Source: Lama glama
Lineage: Eukaryota
Assembly: GCA_028534125.1 (NCBI GenBank)
Contig: CM052818.1
Span: 38,690,001-38,754,000, forward strand
Direction of reading: 5' to 3'
Length of the DNA: 64,000 nucleotides
Part shown: piece by piece, positions 1-12,018 of the stretch
Position numbering within the stretch: position 1 is the stretch's first letter
Layout of the letters: the number at the start of each line of letters is the position of its first letter
The notes under the pieces: model-generated
Seen by the model: the letters and a program-made list of their open reading frames with translations, nothing else
What the model was told of the DNA's origin: nothing
Databases searched by the model: none
Program-made: the position numbers and the translations under genes

Positions 1-1454
1 AGGGGATATTCATCTGTAGCCAGTCCCAATCTCTACTTTGTTTTTAATTTATAGAGGTAGTTGAACGACATTCCCCATATTTTTCTTATCCTTACCATAC
101 CCTGCCCTGCCACTAAAAGCTTCTTTATGGTGTGGTTTCATTGAGGGGAACTAATGGATTATATCGATGGATTACAACTAAACATTTGCAGTTGCAGTTA
201 TATTACATATGGTGAATGACCTTGAAAGCCTTAAAATAAAAATATTATTTTAGTTTCTCATATACATATATATATATATATACATACATATATATGTATA
301 TATACTATATATATAGTATTACTGTTGATGGCCTGAACATCTAAATGTTAATGTTTGTCAGATTTTTTTTTTTAGTTCATTCTTTTTATAAGCCAAGTGC
401 TCTATGAAAGCAGTGCTTTGGTGAACAGTCTTATAAGGAGATTCTCCAAGTCTCACAGCTCACGGCTGTGCTGGCTTTTAGGACCATCTATCTCTTTGGG
501 TCTCTGCATGACTAAATGCCAGGAGGAACAGTATAACTATAATATGGGAGGCAAATGTGGTTTTGCCCATTTTTAGATGGTGATTTTTAATCTATGTTTA
601 AAATGAATCATTATGTGGATCTATTTTCTTGACCTAAAATCTTTTAAAAAAGATATTTATGTGGATCTTAGGGTACACCAGAGCAATGTTATGGAGGCTG
701 CAGGAAGCAATGGCGTGTTTATAAGCATTCAGAGTTATCTATACTTAAAGATTTACAAATCAGAAAATTAACTATTAGAACCAGTTGAAAACCACAATTC
801 AAAATTCACTGATATTTTTGACTAGTAGTTCTATCACTAGAAATCTATTGAAGATTAATGTTTCCTACACTTAGAAATAAATCTTTGATTATTTTATTTC
901 CTTGCTCTTTTTTTTCTTTTTCTTTCTCTTGCTCCGTTTTACATAATCTGCAATCTATCTAATTTTAGTGCAAAGAGTGTCTAAACTAAGAGTTTCAACT
1001 TTCTGCATAATGGAATAGTAAGAAGATGGGAACATATTTCATTAACAAGTGCAGGTCCTTCTAACATTGTCATAACATCCACCAGAAATACTCTTTTCTA
1101 TCATAAAGATCTAAGAATTACCCATTTCTCTGTCTCACTCTCACTGCTACTGTGGGCCCTCCATCCCTTCTGCCGTGTCCCCAACTGCTCTCTTACTTCC
1201 ACTAAAGTATCCCCAACTACTGTGGCAGTTTCTAGGAGTTAGCTTTAAAGATCCCTGCATAGTTGATCTGGACCAACCATAAGAAAAGTGCAATCCTACC
1301 AAGTGCCTAGAAAGTCGAAACTATCTGAACAGCACTAATGACTCTTCAGTGTGCAACATAAATTGTATGAGCCATACAGCCATATTCTGTCATGTAGCCT
1401 GGGGATGGAAGAATTATGGTGAAACAGATGCACATTTTCTCTATGGCTATCATA

Positions 1455-1643
1455 CAGGGCAGAGCTACTAAAAGCATCATCTGAGGACCAGCAGTAGTAG
1501 TAGCAGCAGCAGTTAGCAGCAGCATCTCTGAATTTGTTTGAAATGCAAATTCTAGGCCCCACTCAAAAATTACTAAATTGGAATCTCTGTTCCAATAAAC
1601 TCTCCAGGTGATTCTTATGCACACTAAAACTTGAGAAGCACTG
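1455..1643 (+). mobile_element. MER5A-like hAT-Charlie MITE
   Basis: cagcagcatc...gaaatgcaaattctaggcccc...ctccaggtgattcttatgcacactaaaacttgagaagcactg signature. Confidence 0.75.
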
Positions 1644-1811
1644 ATGGAGAATAACACTAGAAGAGATGATTTGATTTCAAAATACCCTAGACCTTCAAGT
1701 AAATGAATACATGAACAAGAATTTTAGCAGTCTTTGAGGATTGTATGAAGCACAATTTGCAGGACAATCCTTGTCTAAACTGGATTTGGAAAGTAGTGTG
1801 GAGAAGATATA

Positions 1812-2197
1812 CAGTGGGCTTGAACTGCAGAGGTCCCACATGGGCTTGAACTGCAGAGGTCCACTTACACGTGGATTTTTTCTTTTTTTTTTAACGTTTT
1901 TTATTGATTTATAATCATTTTACAATGTTGTGTCAAATTCCAGTGTTTAGCACAATTTTTCAGTCATTCATGGACATATACACATTCATTGTCACATTTT
2001 TTTCTCTGATTTAACACGTGGATTTTTTCAATAGTAAATACCACAGTACTACACTATTCATGGTTGGTGGGACCTATAGTTGTGGAACTGCAGATAGAGA
2101 GGAACCATGGATACAAAGGGCTCACTATAAATTATACTCAGATTTTCAACTATGTGGAGGGTTGACGTCCCTAACCCCCATGGTGTTAGGTTAACTG
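1812..2197 (+). mobile_element. TcMar-Tigger (Tigger2a-like) MITE interrupted by an L1 3' fragment
   Basis: TA-CAGT start, AACTG-TA end; internal ttgaactgcagaggtccacttacacgtggattttttcaat and tatactcagattttcaact motifs. Confidence 0.7.
1883..2013 (-). mobile_element. Young 5'-truncated L1 3' end
   Basis: Poly(T) head; 16-bp target site duplication acacgtggattttttc at 1867-1882 and 2014-2029; homologous to 19538-20017. Confidence 0.88.
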
Positions 2198-2309
2198 TAT
2201 ACATGAAAGCTCCACGATACAAGTTTAATTTACCTGGAACATGTGCCAAATGGGTTCTATAGATCTCACAAGGTACTCCCCTCTGCTACTTGAGTGGGGT
2301 TGTTTAAAC

Positions 2310-2720
2310 ATAAATTTACAGAATGTTTACCATGTAACAGACTGTATTCTAGCCCTAGGTAATACAAAGATGAAAGAAGGAAGAGGTACTTGTCCTCTAG
2401 GACTTCACAGTATCACTGAAGACAAAAAAAGAGCCTAATAGAAGAATGCAAATGTAATAGAGGAGTATTAAGGAGGGACTTAATCACACCTGGGAGCATC
2501 AAGGAAAGCCATTCAAAAGTGAACCTCACATCATGTGTTGGAGCTAGTCAGGGGAAGATGGAGGTAGTGGGGACGAGAGGGAGAAGAGAGAGCAGGCAGA
2601 GAGAACAGTGTGTGCAAAAGCATGAAAATTTTACTGAATAGCATGAGCATTCTGGAAACAGCAAGGAAAGAGAAAAGACATGGAAAACAATTAGGAGGCT
2701 GCTTCACATAGTTTAGATGT
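2310..2720 (-). mobile_element. L2 LINE relic
   Basis: tttaccatgtaacagactgtattctagccctaggtaatacaaagatga... purine-rich pattern typical of antisense L2 3' ends. Confidence 0.55.
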
Positions 2721-3972
2721 GAAAGAATAAGTGTTTCAACCACAGCAGGGGTAGTGGGAACTCACCCAAGCATAACATAGTATATAGGTAGCAGAGGCTG
2801 GCTCTGCCAAATGACTTTGGGCAAGTTAATTTCTCTGTGCCTCATTTTACCCTATGGGCAAAATGGGGATAATAACAAAGTGGCCAAAGGTCTGGAAAGA
2901 TATTTAAAAAAGATAGAACCTGTTTGGTTAATTTTTCTGGCACAGGCTTATTTAATGAAATCAGAAACATAAATCACTTGAGCAATGCACCATAAATGCT
3001 CATGCAAGAATTCAAAGAATTGCTGCATTAGTGAACCATACTCATTGGAATTAGTAATGAGGGACACCACCATGAACATCTTACGTCTTTTTACTGTAAT
3101 CATTCATTTATTTTGTGCATTTGTCCATGTTTCCAAACTCTATGGTCACGTGTTAATACTGACTTCACTGCGGTTGCTGTGAGGATTAAAAATGAGTTGA
3201 TTCATGAGACGCTCTCAGCACAGTGAGTGGCATTTTCTAAACTCACTGGGTTAACTATTATATTTAGGAAGTAAACTGGAAATAGGGAAGGTAATGAAGC
3301 ACCAGTCAACTTCAAACAACTGTTTGGAAGGTGGTGCTTTATCACTGAAACTTTGAATACAAAAGGATCAAGTCTTCTTTTCTGTGTGTGGGTAAGATTA
3401 CTGATTCTACTTGTCTGAGTCTACTTGCCTGCTTCTCTCCCTGAATAAAACTACCTGGTACTCTCTATTGCATTTTTGGACAGATATAAGCCGCTCACCT
3501 ATTAAGTGCCGGGTGCTGAGGATGCCAACAGTTCAGAAGATGACTATGACCTTCGTCTTCATGGAGTTTGGGTGTGGTAAGCTCGAAATATCTCTGGAAT
3601 AAGCATCTTCAGCATTTTGCTAAAGGGTCTGGTAGCAGAGGCTAGGCATACCAATGTCAATAAACAGGTCAACTGAGAACCAACTTTCCTGTGTCTGTGG
3701 AGAAGGGAAAAAAAGAGATACAACCAGTAACGGAGGTAGGAAAACACGGGCAGAGTTAAAAACGGGGGAGAAATGGAGAAAGGAGGAAGGGAAGCAGGAA
3801 GCATATCAAGGACGACTGAAACAAGAGTTGAATGAAAGTCAAATGTAAGGGAAGAGAAAGTTACAGCACAGCTACAGCTTCTGGGCCACAGGGCCAACAA
3901 TCTCGCAGCCACTGCCACATAGTGTGTCCTAAAAGGCGCCGGTTCTCCGGAGCTGAGCGCGGCGCGGCGCTG

Positions 3973-4000
3973 TGACGTCAGAGGAAGGCGGGACTTCCGG
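3973..4000. promoter_or_regulatory. CRE + GC box + ETS motif cluster
   Basis: TGACGTCA-gaggaa-GGCGGG-ACTTCCGG read directly; typical housekeeping core promoter module. Confidence 0.75.
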
Positions 4001-4054
4001 TCCCGGTGTCTCCAAGACGGTCGCGGTACAGCACGCTGCCTTTTAGTCGGACAG
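3995..4054 (+). other. LDAH: Non-coding exon 1 (5' UTR) of LDAH; start approximate
   Basis: CAG|GTGAGG donor at 4054/4055 inside the CpG island; no ATG in the segment. Splicing to 13248 gives cagaaATGG (purine at -3, G at +4). TSS position is inferred. Confidence 0.65.
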
Positions 4055-4734
4055 GTGAGGTACTACCTCCCGTTCTCGGGGACTTTGTAAGAGGAAGGAC
4101 AGCCGGGCAGGCACGCGGGAATCGGAGCCCTTTCTCTGGCTTCTCTCAGAGCCCGTGCTGCCCTTGGCCAGACGGCCCGTAGGGGTGTGAATAACAGTGC
4201 TGAAACTGCTGGAGGGTTCGGGACCACTTCGACCGTAGGTTTTGGCTGCGGGCCCAGCGGGAACGTACCATTGTACTGCTGACCACCGCCGGCCTGTGCG
4301 GAGTCTTATGGTAGGCCCTCTGGGGAGTAGGGTCCAGGACGTTGGGCGACTGGCCGGGAGGAAGTGACTAGCAGGGACCAAAGTCTGGGAGGAGAACTAC
4401 AAAGGTCTAAGTTCTTGTACCAGTCAAGCCTTTAGCCCTGCGCAAATCACTGTCTTCCCTCCGTGGATCTCAGTTTCCCACCTTGTCCATTAATGGGATC
4501 ATTACGGGCTCTTTTGGTTTGGAATCAAGTTTCTCAGCAGGGTCAATTTCCCCCACGCCTCTAATTTGTTACACCAGGTACCGTTAAGAACTGACTCTTG
4601 AACCAATCTCTGAATTTGGCACCACCCCCCCACCTCCAACCACTTGTTTGAGGTTCATTTTCTTTTTAAAGCCATTCTACCAGTAGAGACTTCTGACTCG
4701 TACAATTAGACCATATATATTTAAAGTGATTATT

Positions 4735-5940
4735 AATATGTTAAGGCTTAATTCAGCCATTTTATTATTTGTTTTTTGTTCGCTGCTTCTGTTATCATTC
4801 TTCTGTTTCTCTTTTCTTGCCTCCTTGTAGGTTACTTAAATGCTTTTTAGAATTTTATTTGACTTACGGTGTTTTTGAGTATATCTTTTAGTATACTTTT
4901 TTATTTCATGGTTGCCCTAGGTATGACAGTATATATGCATAACATCACACAGACTACCTTTGTATTGACATTTTACTACCTTAAGTGAAGTATAGAAACC
5001 TTACTTACATTTAGGTCCTTTTAGCCTTTCCATTTTTAAAATGTAACTATCAGATTACCTATATATACATTGAGCACCACACTAAACTTTGCTTCAGCCA
5101 TCAAATATGATTAAAGAACTCATGAGGGGAAACATAATCCATGATACTTAAAACTGCTTTTACCTATTCCGTTGTTCTTTTTTTCTGAAGTTAAACCTTA
5201 TTCATGTATTCCTTTCTGTTTGGAGAATTTCCTGTAGAAGAACTTGCTAAGGATAGGTTTGTTAGTGACAAATTCCTTTTATTTTTCTTCATCTGAGAAT
5301 ATCTTTATTTCCCCTTCATACTTGAAGGATAGTAAGAATAGTTTCTTCTGATATGAAATTTGGGGTTGAGAGTTACTTTCCTTCAGCACTTGAAAAATTG
5401 TGCCACTACTCTCTGGCTTCCCTGGTTTCTGATGAGAAGTCTGCGGACATTTGAATTATTGTTCCCCTATAGGTAATGTGTCATTTTTCTCTGACTGCTT
5501 TTTAGATTTTTTTTTCTTTGTTTTTAGTTTTCTGAAGTTTGGCTATGATATACTTTGTGTTTCTTTGGTATTTCTTTGTATTTATCCTATTTGGGATTAA
5601 CTCAGCTTCTTGAATCTGTAGGTTTTGTGTGTTTTGCCAAATTAGAGAAGTTTTTAATCCATTTTGTAAAATAATTTTTCAGCCCCATGCTCTTTCTCCT
5701 TTTCCCCTGAGACTGGTTTACAATGTTAGGTCATTTGTTATTTTCCTACAAGTCCCTGAGATCGTGCTGATTTTTGTTTTTAAGTCTGTTTTCATCTTGT
5801 TCAATTGAGTAAATTCTATTGATATATCTTCCAATTCACTGATCCTGTCTGTCAGTTCAACTCTACTATTGAACGCATCCACCAAGTTTTAAAAAATTTA
5901 TTATATTTTTTAATTCTATAATTACATTTCATTCTTACTT
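4735..5940 (-). mobile_element. Old L1M fragment (ORF1 / ORF1-ORF2 junction), antisense
   Basis: T-rich antisense L1 motifs: tctgagaatatctttatttccccttcatacttgaaggata, tggtttctgatgagaagtctgc, cagcttcttgaatctgtaggttt. Confidence 0.8.
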
Positions 5941-6480
5941 TCTGAAAGCATTTTATCCTTTACTATTTAGAGGGCTGCTTAGAATATCCATGTAATTTCC
6001 ATGCAAAATTGATGATAGCTTTAGATTATTTGTGTATATAAACTAATCATCTTACTCAAGTTTTTAACCTCCTCTGCAAAGTTATCACTGTAATTAGCAG
6101 AAGCAAAATGAACATATATAAATTTTCTTTCTTTGTTCCAGGCAATGTCTTGTTAGAAACCCTAATAAAAGGGAAGTAGGGAAGGAAATGAAGAAGGAGA
6201 TTTAGGCCCTGGTAAATAGCAAATTGTAGTATCCCACGAGTAAGCAGAGTGGGAATTTTGAAACTCTAGAAAAAAGAAACCAAGAATCAAAATGAAATGA
6301 AAAATTTACAGTTGCTCGTTAAAACTTTTAAAGGGATTTTGTGATATAGTTGCAGATTCAGAAAGCTCCATCTTCTCCCCCTTTTTCCCTTGAATAACAG
6401 GGATTTTTAAGTACAACAGAGACTTTCAGCGGCCATACTTGAGATTTAGATACTGTTTTGTTTTGTTTGTTTGTTTGTTT

Positions 6481-6580
6481 GACTTTTTTATTGAGTAATA
6501 GTTATTTTACAATGTTATGTCAAATCTAGTGTAGAGCACAATTTTTCAGTCATACATGAACATGTATATATTCATTGTCA
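6481..6580 (-). mobile_element. Young L1 3' end running into the assembly gap
   Basis: tttttattgagtaatagttattttacaatgttatgtcaaatctagtgtagagcacaattttt is near-identical to the element at 14991-15211; preceded by a (TTTG)n tail. Confidence 0.85.
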
Positions 6581-7080
6581 NNNNNNNNNNNNNNNNNNNN
6601 NNNNNNNNNNNNNNNNNNNNNNNNNNNNNNNNNNNNNNNNNNNNNNNNNNNNNNNNNNNNNNNNNNNNNNNNNNNNNNNNNNNNNNNNNNNNNNNNNNNN
6701 NNNNNNNNNNNNNNNNNNNNNNNNNNNNNNNNNNNNNNNNNNNNNNNNNNNNNNNNNNNNNNNNNNNNNNNNNNNNNNNNNNNNNNNNNNNNNNNNNNNN
6801 NNNNNNNNNNNNNNNNNNNNNNNNNNNNNNNNNNNNNNNNNNNNNNNNNNNNNNNNNNNNNNNNNNNNNNNNNNNNNNNNNNNNNNNNNNNNNNNNNNNN
6901 NNNNNNNNNNNNNNNNNNNNNNNNNNNNNNNNNNNNNNNNNNNNNNNNNNNNNNNNNNNNNNNNNNNNNNNNNNNNNNNNNNNNNNNNNNNNNNNNNNNN
7001 NNNNNNNNNNNNNNNNNNNNNNNNNNNNNNNNNNNNNNNNNNNNNNNNNNNNNNNNNNNNNNNNNNNNNNNNNNNNNNNN
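6581..7080. other. Assembly gap (500 N)
   Basis: Run of exactly 500 n characters. Confidence 1.
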
Positions 7081-7700
7081 GAGAGTCCAAGAAGGCCAGC
7101 AAACATGAAAAGATGTTCAAATATACTAGTAGTCAGAGAAATACAAAGTAAAAGAGTAAAGATACTTTATACCCAAAGACTACATGAATTAAAAGTAATG
7201 ATACCACTTATTGATGATAGGATTGTAGGGGGAAAGATACCATCTTAGATTGCTAGAACAAATGTGATTCTTGTACTCTTATTGGAAAGCAATCTGCCAA
7301 TACCTATTAAAATTCAACCCAGTTATTCCAAATTTGGGAATCTGGACATTAGAAACAAAAGATCTGATATATATGGATACATGTCAGAAGAAGTTAGGGA
7401 TTTAAGAGTACTTATTACAGCATTGTTCCAAAACACTGGGAGCCAATTGAGTGTGTCTACAGGGAAATGGTCATATGAATTAGGATGTATCCACATTAAA
7501 GAACCATTAAAAATAATGAATTAGAATTATACTATTTGACTTGCAGGATTTTCATGTGTTACTAAGTGTGAAAGCAGAGTGTATAGAAGTGTGTATAATA
7601 TGCTGTTTATCAAACACTGTCAACTCATATTTATTAAAATGTATTTAAGTGCTTAGGTATATTGGTGTGTAATCTTTGAAAAATATGGAAAACTTTATAT
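7081..7700 (+). mobile_element. Old L1M (L1ME-like) 3' fragment
   Basis: aaacatgaaaagatgttcaaatatactagtagtcagagaaatacaaa and ttggaaagcaatctgccaatacctattaaaatt, typical of L1 ORF2 end and 3' UTR. Confidence 0.65.
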
Positions 7701-8134
7701 TGAATTAATAACATGGATTTAGGAGAGATACACATGGGGGTGAGGAGAGTTAGAGATGTGGCATACAAAAGACTGAAAAATAATTCTACTAATATTTAAA
7801 GAAATGGAAATTAAATATTGGTCTATTTAATTTGTGAGGTTTTTAAAGAATTATAATGCCTCATGACCAAAAAAATGTAGTCAATCTGATACACATTCTT
7901 ACTTTGATACCAGTACAAATTGATAAAGTAAATTTATCATGATTCCAAAAGCCATAAAAATGTTTATATCCTTTGATTAAATAATAGAATTTCTATATAT
8001 GTCAATTATACCTCAATAAAAAATTAATTAATAATAAAAAATTGACCATTAAAAAAATCCTAGCACGTATTATATCCATTTTATCCATTTAAATCAAATT
8101 ATATATGTGTATAACAAGTTAAAACTTTGAAACA

Positions 8135-8385
8135 AAGAATATGAGCTCTGGAGTCATTCAGACATCTGGGTTCAAATTCTAGCTCTTCCACATTCTAGCT
8201 TACTAGTTGTGTGACCCTAGGCAAATTCCTTGGTGTCTTTCAATCATTTTTCTCCTCACATGTTTTGTTGGAAACAGTTGTACTCATCTCATAGGATTGT
8301 TGTAAAGGATTAAATAATATAATATTTATAAAGCATTTAGCACAGTGCCTGGCTTATAGAAAGAACACTTAAAATGTGAGTTCTT
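8135..8385 (+). mobile_element. MIR SINE
   Basis: gctctggagtca...ctgggttcaaattctagctct...tgtgtgaccctaggcaa...ctcataggattgttgtaaaggattaaa...agcatttagcacagtgcctggc. Confidence 0.8.
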
Positions 8386-9429
8386 AGTATTGCCTCTGTC
8401 CTCTTGCTCTTTAACATTTATATATTTTTAAAAATTCATTACCAGCGCCTTTCTTGAAACATTCCCCTCTGGCTCACATGACTTTACATATCTTAGTTCG
8501 TGCCCATTTCTAATTTTTCTTTTTTATTCTTTGGTGGCCTTTAAAAAAAAACCTTGCTGTATGGATATTCCCCCCAGAGTACAACAGGAGCTATCAAGGA
8601 AGCTTGAGTTAGTAACCAGGAAAGTGATGGTTATTTATATGGAGAACAGAGAAGTTAGGATTTAGGGTTGGTAGGATTTATTTTTGAAACAAGGTGATTT
8701 TGATTTTTACACATAAAGTTTGATACATCAATGAGGCACCCAGATACAGATGTTCAGTAGTTGGAAAATAGGATAGGTAGGAACTTGAGAAATAGGTTGA
8801 GGAATGGAGAAATAGATATTTATAAAAGGGTTCTTCTAGATGGCTAATTCTCAGTGTGAATGTAACCTCAGGGAAAGCACATAGAGAAGAGAGCCAGGGG
8901 CAGAACCTTCAGGTACAGGGAGTGGGGGAGGAAAAGGTTCTTAAGGAGTATTGAGAGATATCACAGAAGCCAAGACGAGGGAGCTCTTTAAGAAGAAACA
9001 GACAAAACATATTTCTACTTTGGCCTTTTTGGAACTTTAGTTCTGTGGCCTTTTAAACTTTAGTTTACCTGTCTTCTGGCTTTGTCACTTATTTTCTTGA
9101 AACTTAACTATGTTTGTAACTGAATCCAATTTTCTTTCCTCCAACTAACTTCCCCTCCCCTCATTGTTCCCTCTTTTCCTGAGCAGTATTTCCATTCCCC
9201 TCATGTTTAGCATCAGAATCCAGTCATCTTTGTCACTTCCCTTATCCTGGCCTCCCATCCTGAATTATTACCAAACTTGTCTCTCATTCATTCCTTCTTT
9301 CCCCCTCTTGCCTTCTTTTCTTGCTTGGTTGTTCTGATAGCTTCTAAACTCAAGGATAGTCTTGGGTTTTTTTCTGTTTTTCATGATCTTCTTTTTTTTT
9401 TTAATAGTTTTTTCTAGTTTTATTATATT

Positions 9430-9452
9430 GATAGATAGATAGATAGATAGAC

Positions 9453-9481
<29 letters not shown>
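9430..9481 (+). repeat. Microsatellite (GATA)5 GACA (GATA)7
   Basis: Read directly. Confidence 0.95.
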
Positions 9482-9483
<2 letters not shown>

Positions 9484-9839
9484 GATATAGTTCCTCTATA
9501 CCCACTTGGTAAGAGTTTTTACCAAAAATGGGTATTTCACAGTCTTCTTAAAAGCACTACTTTGATTAAATCCTTGCCCCCTTTAAAAACTATCAGATTC
9601 CCTATGCCTATGATACTTTCCCAAACTGTTCTGAGAAAGAAGAGAAGATATTAATGGGAGAAGTTAATAGGATTACCATTGATGAGATGGTTTTTAAAAG
9701 GTTGTGTATATAAGTGTATGTATATATAGATACATATACACACTTTGTCTTTCTCTTAAAGGTTCAAAAATTCTTATCAGTGTAATTTGAAAGGTTCTGC
9801 AGAATTAAAATTTATCTTTTTTTAACCTCTTTTGACAGA

Positions 9840-10240
9840 TTGTGTTTTCCAGTAGTTAGTCACAACCATAACTCCCATTCCATGTACTTTTTTGTACAAT
9901 ATAACTTTGACCCTATTAGAGAGGTCCATTTTTGCTCCCTTTGAATACGGGTTAGCTTGGCTACCTTGAAAGTAATGCTATGTGACTTCTGAGGCTGGGT
10001 CTTAAAATGTGGTATAGTTTTATTCTGGTCCTCTTGAGATAGTTACTCTTGACACCCGCCCTCATGCTGTGAACAAGCCCAGAATAGTCCATGTGGAGAC
10101 CATATAGAGTGGACATGGGTAGATATTCCTGGCCAACAACCTATCTGAAGGCAGAATCAGTCATCAGACATGTGAATAAGGATGCCTCCAGAGGACTCTT
10201 ATCCCCAGTGAACATATGACACCTACCAGTGACCACAGCA
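9840..10240 (+). mobile_element. MLT1-type (ERVL-MaLR) LTR relic
   Basis: ccctttgaatacgggttagctt...aagtaatgctatgtgacttctgaggctgggtc...catgctgtgaacaagccca...cagacatgtgaataag. Confidence 0.65.
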
Positions 10241-11784
10241 AAAGCAAACAGTAGTATTACTAATAATAAAGAGAAATAAAAGAAATAATAAAGTAAAAAA
10301 CCATAGCACAGGCTTTATTGAGGTCAGTGGGAGAGGAGGGGCTGTGCAGAGTGAGATCCTTGCCTGGATCTTCACTTGTCTGGTCACTAAACATTTTACA
10401 AGTATATTTAGTACTGTGCCCAGGAGTAGCACCAATTAATTGCCAGTCAAGGCACAGACACGTGGAAAGTGTATGCTCTGCTCTGTGTAAACTGCAGGAC
10501 AGTAACACAGCTCACAATTTACATTTTATAATATATATAAAGTTTTTGTCATTTGAAGAAGTTTCAGCAGCTTCTTGTCTGCCTTATATATGTGATAAAT
10601 AATGCAAGTTATTTTTAGGTATTGTTAGTGCTTTGAAAGACAAGTATCATTTTCTCTCTTTCAAACGTAATATAGTTTATTTGAAGACTGTCTGGACATT
10701 GCAACACAAGTTTTTAAAAACTTTTATCTTACATGGGTGATAAAGTAGAATTCTTACTGAGTAGCCAAAATAAAATACATACATTATTTGCATGCTAAAG
10801 CTGAGTAAGAGGCTCATTTATAGTGATCTAATAATGCAGCTTTTCTGTTTTGTGTGTTGTGTATGTTTGTATGAGATTTAATTGGAAAAACCTCTTTTAC
10901 TAAATCTAGTTAGAAATCCATTAATATAAGCAGGGGAATACCTGCATTTAAATGAGTAAGGCTTGCCTAAGTCTTTCAATTTATATCTACACTGTACACT
11001 TGGTTTTTATCCAGCCTAAGTCTTGCTGCTTATCAAAACTGATATCATTAAAGATAGCTTGTAGGTGATGGCTGAAGGCGAGGCCATCAGCTTTTAATAA
11101 TATATATTAGAATACACTACCCCATCTTCATATGCTAGTTGTTTGCAGCATTCAGTAATGTTGGATTTTTTAGGTAAGGAAGAATTTGAATTCTTATACT
11201 TAAGTTTTTCTTTACTTTTTTTTTCTTTTTGGCAATGTGAGATTCAGAAACATAAGAGGGAGGTCAAATAAAAAGATATTTTATAAACACAGTAACTTCA
11301 TGTTTCTTAGTTGTATTTTACTTGAAGCATTTTAGAGTTCCTTTTTTGTTTCTTTTCCAATTTCTATAGGCTCTTTGGGTTTCATGTCTACTTGAATTCC
11401 CATTAACTTTGTGACTAGTCAGACTCCAAAGATGTCATTTACTTTGAAGTTGAGTATTTGTGAGTTGAATATAATTAACAACCGTGAATTCTCTTCTGGT
11501 GCAAGTCTTAAATTTAGGCCGTGTCCTCTCTGTCATTGCTCTAATACTGTGTATAACAGCTAAATCTAATGTTGTTTCTAACACTTTACAAATGTCATAA
11601 GACCTTTATAAATAAACTGTGTTTTGTGATAGTTTTAGAGACTGGGCCCCAGTGACATTTATTAGTGAACTAAAAATCAACCCTCAAGAAAAAGTGGGAT
11701 GATACTTTTATTTATTTAGTCAATCAGTATATTTTGAACATAATTTTGAAAGGAGTCCCCACTTTTAATCGTCAATTTTTTATT

Positions 11785-12018
11785 CAAGGTTTTTTTCCAG
11801 CCTCGGCACTATTGCCCTTTTTGGCCAGTAACTCTTTGTTGCGGGTTCTGTCCTGGGCAGTGTAGGATGTTTAGCAGCATCCCTGGCCACCACTCACTAG
11901 ATGTGGTAGTAACACCCCACCACTGCCACCACCAAATCGTGACAAGGAAACTGTCTTCAGATATTTATTGCCATGTGTCTTCTGGGGGCAAAATTGTCTC
12001 CAGTTGGAAGTCACTGCT
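11785..12018 (+). mobile_element. MER20 hAT-Charlie MITE
   Basis: cagcctcggcactattg...tgtcctgggcagtgtaggatgtttagcagcatccctggcc...tgggggcaaaattgtctccagttggaagtcactg. Confidence 0.85.

Larger units (their letters stand above)
3900..4400 (+). promoter_or_regulatory. LDAH: CpG island / TATA-less promoter of LDAH
   Basis: Only strongly CpG-rich, GC-rich segment of the window. Contains a perfect CRE (TGACGTCA, 3973-3980), a GC box (GGCGGG, 3987-3992) and an ETS/GABP site (ACTTCCGG, 3993-4000), followed by a splice donor at 4055. Confidence 0.88.

Noticed and set aside
4043..4381. 112-aa antisense ORF in the CpG island
   Set aside because: GC-rich DNA is depleted of stop codons; no recognisable domain and the ORF starts at a non-ATG codon.
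6546..7248. Long ORFs of 177-230 aa in the ORF track
   Set aside because: Artefacts of translating through the 500-N gap.
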